Assembly (NCBI GenBank): GCA_963663225.1 | Contig: OY760142.1 | Coordinates: 160,001 to 224,000 of the forward strand | Length of the DNA stretch: 64,000 nucleotides | DNA from: Nitrospirota bacterium | Lineage (GTDB): Bacteria > Nitrospirota > UBA9217 | Reading direction: 5' to 3' | Shown: positions 59,267 to 64,000 of the stretch, piece by piece | Layout of the letters: each line of letters starts with the position of its first letter | How positions within the stretch are numbered: the first letter of the stretch is position 1 | The notes under the pieces: generated by a model | The model's database searches: none | What the model was told of the DNA's origin: nothing | What the model saw: only the letters and a program-made list of their open reading frames with translations | Program-made: the position numbers and the translations under genes

Positions 59267-60863
59267 ATTTGTTTTTTATTTCCGCGTATCGAACTTTGCC
59301 GTTTTCAGCCAGGGGCAGACTTTTCACAATGTTGATGTTGTCAGGCACCATATACGACGGCAGGCGTTCCTTCATATGTTTGATAAGGTCTTCTTTTTTT
59401 AGACCGTCACAGGAAATGATTTCCGCTATTATGTTGTGGCCTTTCCGATCATCCGGAATTCCCACTACCGCGCAGTGTGTCACTCCAGGATGTTCCAGAA
59501 TGCAGCTTTCCACTTCTTTGGGATAAATTCTGAATCCTGAGCTCTTGATCATTCCATCTTCACGTCCCAAAACATACAGAAAACCATCGCGGTCGATTTT
59601 TCCACGGTCACCGGTAAAAACCACCTTGCCCGCAGAGATCGTTGGCTTTAAACACGCGGGTATCTCTGCAAGTTTTTTCTGCGAACCAGCAACTTCATTG
59701 ATATACCCAAGCATGGTGCCAGCACCGTAATGAATTATTTCTCCTTCTTCGTCCGGGGATGCGATTTGGGTATTGTCTTTCAAAATAAAAATGCGAGTCC
59801 CCTTAACCGGACGGCCTACCGATGTCATTTTACCATCATAGTCGTTCGCTTTTAATATGCCGCTTCTGAACGTTTCACTCTGCCCGTATGTTTTTATTAT
59901 TTTCGTCCTCGGGAAATAATGCTTCAACTGTTCCAAATATTTTCGTGCGAGGTCTCCTCCGGAAACAGTGATGTATCGCAATGTTTTCGTATCTTCCGGG
60001 AAGCCGTCTTCTCGGGGAACAGAAAGCATATCGGCCCAGATGGTAGGCACTGCGGAAATCCCTGAGATATTAAATCGTTTGATTGCCGTTGCAATATCCC
60101 GTGGAAACCAGGAATTCAAAATAATAAGATGGGCGCCCGATAAAATGCTCGAAAAGAGCTGATTCAGTCCGACATCAAACGAAAAAGGCAGCAGGCTGAG
60201 CAAACAATCTTCCCTGTTAATTTCAAAATCTTCAATTTCTGTGGTGACTCTGACGTACAGATCGTCGCGATCGATTAACACACCCTTTTGCTCACCTGTC
60301 GATCCTGAAGTAAATAAGCAGTATCCGCGTTTTTTCTGGGAATTTGAGAATGGAGCATGTATCCGGGGATCGCCCATGCCGTCAATTGCTGCAGAAGCGC
60401 CGGATTGTTGAGATTCCTGGACCCTGCGAGCCGGGATAAAATTCAAAAACTCGATTCCATCGCTACAAAGAGCAAACCGCATATTCGATGTAATAGCATC
60501 TTCAGACGACATAATCTGCTTTACCGTGCTTCTGTTGAGAATGATAAATTTAGGTTTGGCAACTCTCGCCAATCTTATTACGTGAGGTGGCTTCAGCCTC
60601 GAATTCAATGAACAGGCGGCGCCGCCGGCCAAAATGGCACCAAGAATGGTTACTGCTGCATCGATGGACTTGTTCATGTAACTAGCAACCAGATCATTCG
60701 GCTGCATCCCCTCTCTGGTAAAGAAGTCTGCAACTTCTTTTACTTTTCGAGCCAGCATGCCATAGGTCAGGGTTTGGAGTGTTCCCCCGGGCAAACAGTG
60801 GGAAATCGCAGCTTTGTCATTGTGTCGCGCAAATGCCTGCTCTATGCGTCGGGAAAGAATCAA
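59208..60863 (-). CDS. AMP-forming acyl ligase (exosortase-A-system-associated type)
   Basis: FTSGSTGEQKG, LPFSFDVGLNQL, TYGQSETFRS, FTGD and GREDGMIKSSGFRI motifs. Confidence 0.9.
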   Translation of the reverse strand: MILSRRIEQAFARHNDKAAISHCLPGGTLQTLTYGMLARKVKEVADFFTREGMQPNDLVASYMNKSIDAAVTILGAILAGGAACSLNSRLKPPHVIRLARVAKPKFIILNRSTVKQIMSSEDAITSNMRFALCSDGIEFLNFIPARRVQESQQSGASAAIDGMGDPRIHAPFSNSQKKRGYCLFTSGSTGEQKGVLIDRDDLYVRVTTEIEDFEINREDCLLSLLPFSFDVGLNQLFSSILSGAHLIILNSWFPRDIATAIKRFNISGISAVPTIWADMLSVPREDGFPEDTKTLRYITVSGGDLARKYLEQLKHYFPRTKIIKTYGQSETFRSGILKANDYDGKMTSVGRPVKGTRIFILKDNTQIASPDEEGEIIHYGAGTMLGYINEVAGSQKKLAEIPACLKPTISAGKVVFTGDRGKIDRDGFLYVLGREDGMIKSSGFRIYPKEVESCILEHPGVTHCAVVGIPDDRKGHNIIAEIISCDGLKKEDLIKHMKERLPSYMVPDNINIVKSLPLAENGKVRYAEIKNKYEQARILQADTKIGTSRFS

Positions 60864-61132
60864 GCTTCATCTCCCGCCAATTTCTTTTCAATAAAATACG
60901 ATATTTTGCTTATGGAGTCGAAATTGTCCAAAGAAAGTTCCGCCGGATAAAAAATAACGTCAAATTTCTCTGAAAAAGCCTCAATAATCTGGATTGCTCC
61001 GAGAGAGTCGATTAGCCCGCTGTCGATCAGCGAATCCTCTTCACCAATACTAGTACCACTCCCATTGCCATCCTTTGCGGCAATCTCTGTTATTATTTGT
61101 TTAACCGCTCCTTTTATTTCTGCTAACTCCAT
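60860..61132 (-). CDS. Acyl/aminoacyl carrier protein
   Basis: Acidic 90-aa protein; phosphopantetheine site GLIDSLG; NFDSI tail (DltC-like). Confidence 0.9.
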   Translation of the reverse strand: MELAEIKGAVKQIITEIAAKDGNGSGTSIGEEDSLIDSGLIDSLGAIQIIEAFSEKFDVIFYPAELSLDNFDSISKISYFIEKKLAGDEA

Positions 61133-61194
61133 GCTGAATGCCCCCCATTCAACGATTATTTTTATAATGATGCAGCAATGTATATTTTTTTGAC

Positions 61195-61893
61195 TTACCT
61201 TTGCAGGAGATCCCGCAAGAGGTTATCCAGTATCTCATACGCTTTTTGGTTTAAGTGTGTTCCGTCTCCACTGTTTAACTCATCACGAAGAGAACGCTCG
61301 CGGTCGCTTTTCCGTAATGCAGCCTCGAGGTCAATCAGCGTGATTTTCTCTTTTTTGGCGTAATCCCGAATCCAGTCATTGTAGGCCAAAATGCCTTCTA
61401 TTTTGCCTTGCACAGCCTCCGCGCGTGCGCGTGTAACAGGGACAACGGTCGCCAATATCACCTCTACGCGCGCGTCACGAATCCGCTTGACCCATTTTTG
61501 CACCAGTTCCTGCTGAAGGGCGATGTCGCCTGGAAAATAGGACGAACATTCTTTAATAACAATAATGTTCGGCAACACGGGTGACGGCCGGAAAAAACCC
61601 TTTATGTATGACAGCGTAAAGTGAAACTTTCTTTTCGGACGCATCAGGATTTCATCGATTGCTTCCGTTTTATCAAACTGATACACCGCTATAAATTCGA
61701 CGCTATGAGCGCGGTCACCCGTCCGCTGGGAATACTCTGCAAGTTTCCATGCCTTCCCGATGGAAGCCCCGACAAACATCACGTTTTTTTTGGAGGCATC
61801 CGCTTTACCCTGATCCTGGATTTGCGTACAACCGGTCAGCACAAGCAAGCCTGCCGCTACAACGAAGAATATTTTTTTTACGGCCTTAATCAT
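61195..61893 (-). CDS. SGNH/GDSL-fold lipoprotein (esterase or periplasmic acyltransferase)
   Basis: Lipobox LTGC; block I FVGASIG; block V DGTH. Confidence 0.78.
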   Translation of the reverse strand: MIKAVKKIFFVVAAGLLVLTGCTQIQDQGKADASKKNVMFVGASIGKAWKLAEYSQRTGDRAHSVEFIAVYQFDKTEAIDEILMRPKRKFHFTLSYIKGFFRPSPVLPNIIVIKECSSYFPGDIALQQELVQKWVKRIRDARVEVILATVVPVTRARAEAVQGKIEGILAYNDWIRDYAKKEKITLIDLEAALRKSDRERSLRDELNSGDGTHLNQKAYEILDNLLRDLLQR

Positions 61894-61901
61894 AGAGAAC
61901 C

Positions 61902-62501
61902 TCACGCAAGGTCATCCTTGAACAATTTCAGCAAATGTTGTTTTAAATGTTGGCTATTTTGGCGTGCATATTTTGTGGACCACCAATTTTCGTCATTTTC
62001 CAGCTGTATGTCGGGTGGCTTTTGCATCTTCCATCGCTCAAGACATTTTTCCTTGTATTTCAATACAGAACCGAACGGCCGCGCAGGCACTCCCATAACA
62101 ATAGTATCAGGGGGAACATCCGCGATCACAACTGAACCGGCACCGACAATCGAATTTTTTCCGATTCTGATACCCGGAAACAGGATGGCGTTCTGACCGA
62201 TGATGCAATTATCTTCTATTACGATGGGACCGAATATCTGAAGGTCCGGCACCTCATGCCTGAAAACCCAGGCGCCTCCATCGTGAGTCATGAATTTCAC
62301 TCCCTGAGCAATACCGACGTGATTTCCGATTTTAATGAGATACGGTTCAGTGCCGAGCTGGGTTGGAATTATTCTGCAATGCTCTCCTATCTGGACCCCT
62401 TGTTTTCTGAAATATTCCGCGATAGTATCCGCATTATACTTTCGAAGTTCATACGCTTGCAGCAACCGGGCTACAACTTTTTTAAGCACCTTAAAAATCA
62501 T
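61902..62501 (-). CDS. Hexapeptide-repeat acyltransferase (paralogue of 54546-55244)
   Basis: TEPYLIKIG, THDG, IEDNCIIG, GIRIGKNSIVG and GVPA motifs. Confidence 0.88.
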   Translation of the reverse strand: MIFKVLKKVVARLLQAYELRKYNADTIAEYFRKQGVQIGEHCRIIPTQLGTEPYLIKIGNHVGIAQGVKFMTHDGGAWVFRHEVPDLQIFGPIVIEDNCIIGQNAILFPGIRIGKNSIVGAGSVVIADVPPDTIVMGVPARPFGSVLKYKEKCLERWKMQKPPDIQLENDENWWSTKYARQNSQHLKQHLLKLFKDDLA

Positions 62502-62527
62502 TGACCTGACTCCTTTTGTATTCCCGC

Positions 62528-64000
62528 CTAGTTTACAGCGTGTGCGTGAGCACGGTCGCTTTCGTCTGCCGTTAAAATGAGATCAACCAGCTCTTTTCTG
62601 GTTTCCTCAAAAAAATCTGGAGTCCATTCCGATTCTCCATCCTGACGACAGACTGGTTCTCCGGATTTGCCTCGGATTCTTGAGAAAAAGTCTTCATAAC
62701 GGGAAGTGTCTATTCCTTTCCGCTTCAATACAGAAACCCGCTTTACAAGCTGATACAGCAGCTTATGGTCATTAATCCCCTCGCGGATTGCTTCCCATTT
62801 GAGCGTCGGCACCGGACCGGACGGAGCTGGATAGGCCAGATACAGATCGTGCCCCGGTGTATCCGCCTTTTCCGGGAGGCCGCTTGCATTCTGCGTATTC
62901 TGAAATGTCCAGGATGACATTCCGTCAATGTTCTTCATCCACGTGTAATATCCGTACACATACCGTGCATAGGCGGGATTATCACATTGAGTAGTTATAT
63001 TATTATTGTATATCCAGTAACGTGAACCATTTTGATGGGCGGCCTGCATCTCGTGTTCATTCATTTCCGCAGAGCACAGATAATCAACCGGCGAGAACTG
63101 ATCGTATCGAAGAGACGTAAGCATTGTTTTTCCACCCGACTCTTTTACGGCCTTAAGCAGCACGGGCGTTACAGCATATCGTTTCTTCTGTAAATCCTGC
63201 TGTGAATCATCCGGTTCATCGATAGGTAAAAATATGACCGGTGGGCAGTGATTTTCTTTTGCAAATTCCGTAACTGTTCTGACAAGATGACGTAGACGCT
63301 CCTCGTGTACTTTTTGATCAAAACCTTTTATGTTTCCCGGATGCTTCGGTTTGGCAGTTTGGATAAGATGTCCCATATACCAGATGACAGGCTTTGTAAA
63401 TCCGGTGTCTCGTGCCGCGAGAAGAGCGGCGAAAACATCGTCCAGAACCAGGGTGCCGTCATCCCGGGTAAGAGCGACGAAGGGAGAATGGATTGAAAGC
63501 GTAGTCATGCCATGCTCTCTATAGTTTTTCAAAACTGCTCGCGCCGAGCGCCGGAGTTCGTTCTTCTCTTTCTCATTCCATGGAAAGACAAGCTCCGTAA
63601 ATTCGTACGTCATGAGCATGAAATAGTCTTTATCCGGGATATCTTCTGTAATAATGGGGAGAACCATAATCTGGAGCGGTATTGTTTTACTCTTCCCATA
63701 TTGCGGCAAAACCGTTATTGTTCCCGTGTACTTGCCCGGCAGAACGGATTGATCAATTTTTGCTGTTAGCCAGAAACGGCAATGACCTCCTTTTTTAACG
63801 GAAGTCTTGCTCTTAGATCTGATCAGGGCAGGGAGCCGCCTGAATTCTCCTGGCGGGAGGCCTGTCGAATCCTCTACTGATTCGACAACCCCGATTTTAA
63901 TTTTTTCTTTTGCGATGGTCCCCTGCGGGCCGTTCAAATCTTCAATTGCTAATTTTACCGTTCCGAGGTTCCTGCTAGAAAATAAGGAAATACTGATTGG
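62528..64000 (-). CDS. DUF4091/GH123-like glycoside hydrolase, partial (5' end beyond the window)
   Basis: Frame is open to the window edge; PGKYTGTITV; acidic pair IDEPD; C-terminal YP...GP.PTLKWEAIREGINDH. Confidence 0.6.
   Translation of the reverse strand, partial: PISISLFSSRNLGTVKLAIEDLNGPQGTIAKEKIKIGVVESVEDSTGLPPGEFRRLPALIRSKSKTSVKKGGHCRFWLTAKIDQSVLPGKYTGTITVLPQYGKSKTIPLQIMVLPIITEDIPDKDYFMLMTYEFTELVFPWNEKEKNELRRSARAVLKNYREHGMTTLSIHSPFVALTRDDGTLVLDDVFAALLAARDTGFTKPVIWYMGHLIQTAKPKHPGNIKGFDQKVHEERLRHLVRTVTEFAKENHCPPVIFLPIDEPDDSQQDLQKKRYAVTPVLLKAVKESGGKTMLTSLRYDQFSPVDYLCSAEMNEHEMQAAHQNGSRYWIYNNNITTQCDNPAYARYVYGYYTWMKNIDGMSSWTFQNTQNASGLPEKADTPGHDLYLAYPAPSGPVPTLKWEAIREGINDHKLLYQLVKRVSVLKRKGIDTSRYEDFFSRIRGKSGEPVCRQDGESEWTPDFFEETRKELVDLILTADESDRAHAHAVN

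Noticed and set aside
56422-61132. Calling the module dltA/dltC (teichoic acid D-alanylation) or an NRPS
   Set aside because: The A4 Asp is missing, there is no dltB or condensation domain in the window, and the context is a Gram-negative Wzx/Wzy cluster.
1-64000. CRISPR arrays, tRNA/rRNA genes, transposases, prophage or defence genes
   Set aside because: None recognised by eye. The only tandem repeats found are the coding repeats at 33047-33790.

Overview
This is a bacterial chromosomal window. Gene content and order suggest a Gram-negative anaerobe, plausibly Nitrospirota or Desulfobacterota; that assignment is inference only. (1) 1-9.3 kb: a partial Cys-rich protein, mug, two hybrid sensor kinases and an exported Ntn amide hydrolase. 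(2) 9.3-19.2 kb: a minus-strand housekeeping run (Zn-ribbon protein, alr, mlaE-mlaF-mlaD, galU, lon, thiL, DUF2062 protein, HEXXH protein). (3) 19.6-25.1 kb: signalling genes, namely a pseudo-receiver-PilZ protein and a sigma-54 NtrC-type regulator flanked by two histidine kinases with complementary defects. (4) 25.2-30.4 kb: nucleotide-sugar supply genes and a Crp/Fnr regulator. (5) 30.4-33.9 kb: a divergent unit. A CRP-type box sits at class II spacing, followed by a GEMM-I cyclic-dinucleotide riboswitch carrying A20, the variant known to select 3',3'-cGAMP. The aptamer overlaps an intrinsic terminator (ON-switch geometry) and precedes an FnIII lipoprotein and a large secreted beta-helix/repeat protein. 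(6) 33.9-64 kb: the distal part of a long minus-strand Wzx/Wzy polysaccharide cluster with very heavy tailoring. It encodes three deacetylases, a formyltransferase, three tandem GNATs, two hexapeptide acyltransferases, an SGNH lipoprotein, an ACP, two adenylating ligases, a BtrK-like PLP decarboxylase and a protein resembling eukaryotic N-myristoyltransferase. No rRNA, tRNA, CRISPR array or IS element was recognised. All calls come from reading motifs by eye; no database searches were run.
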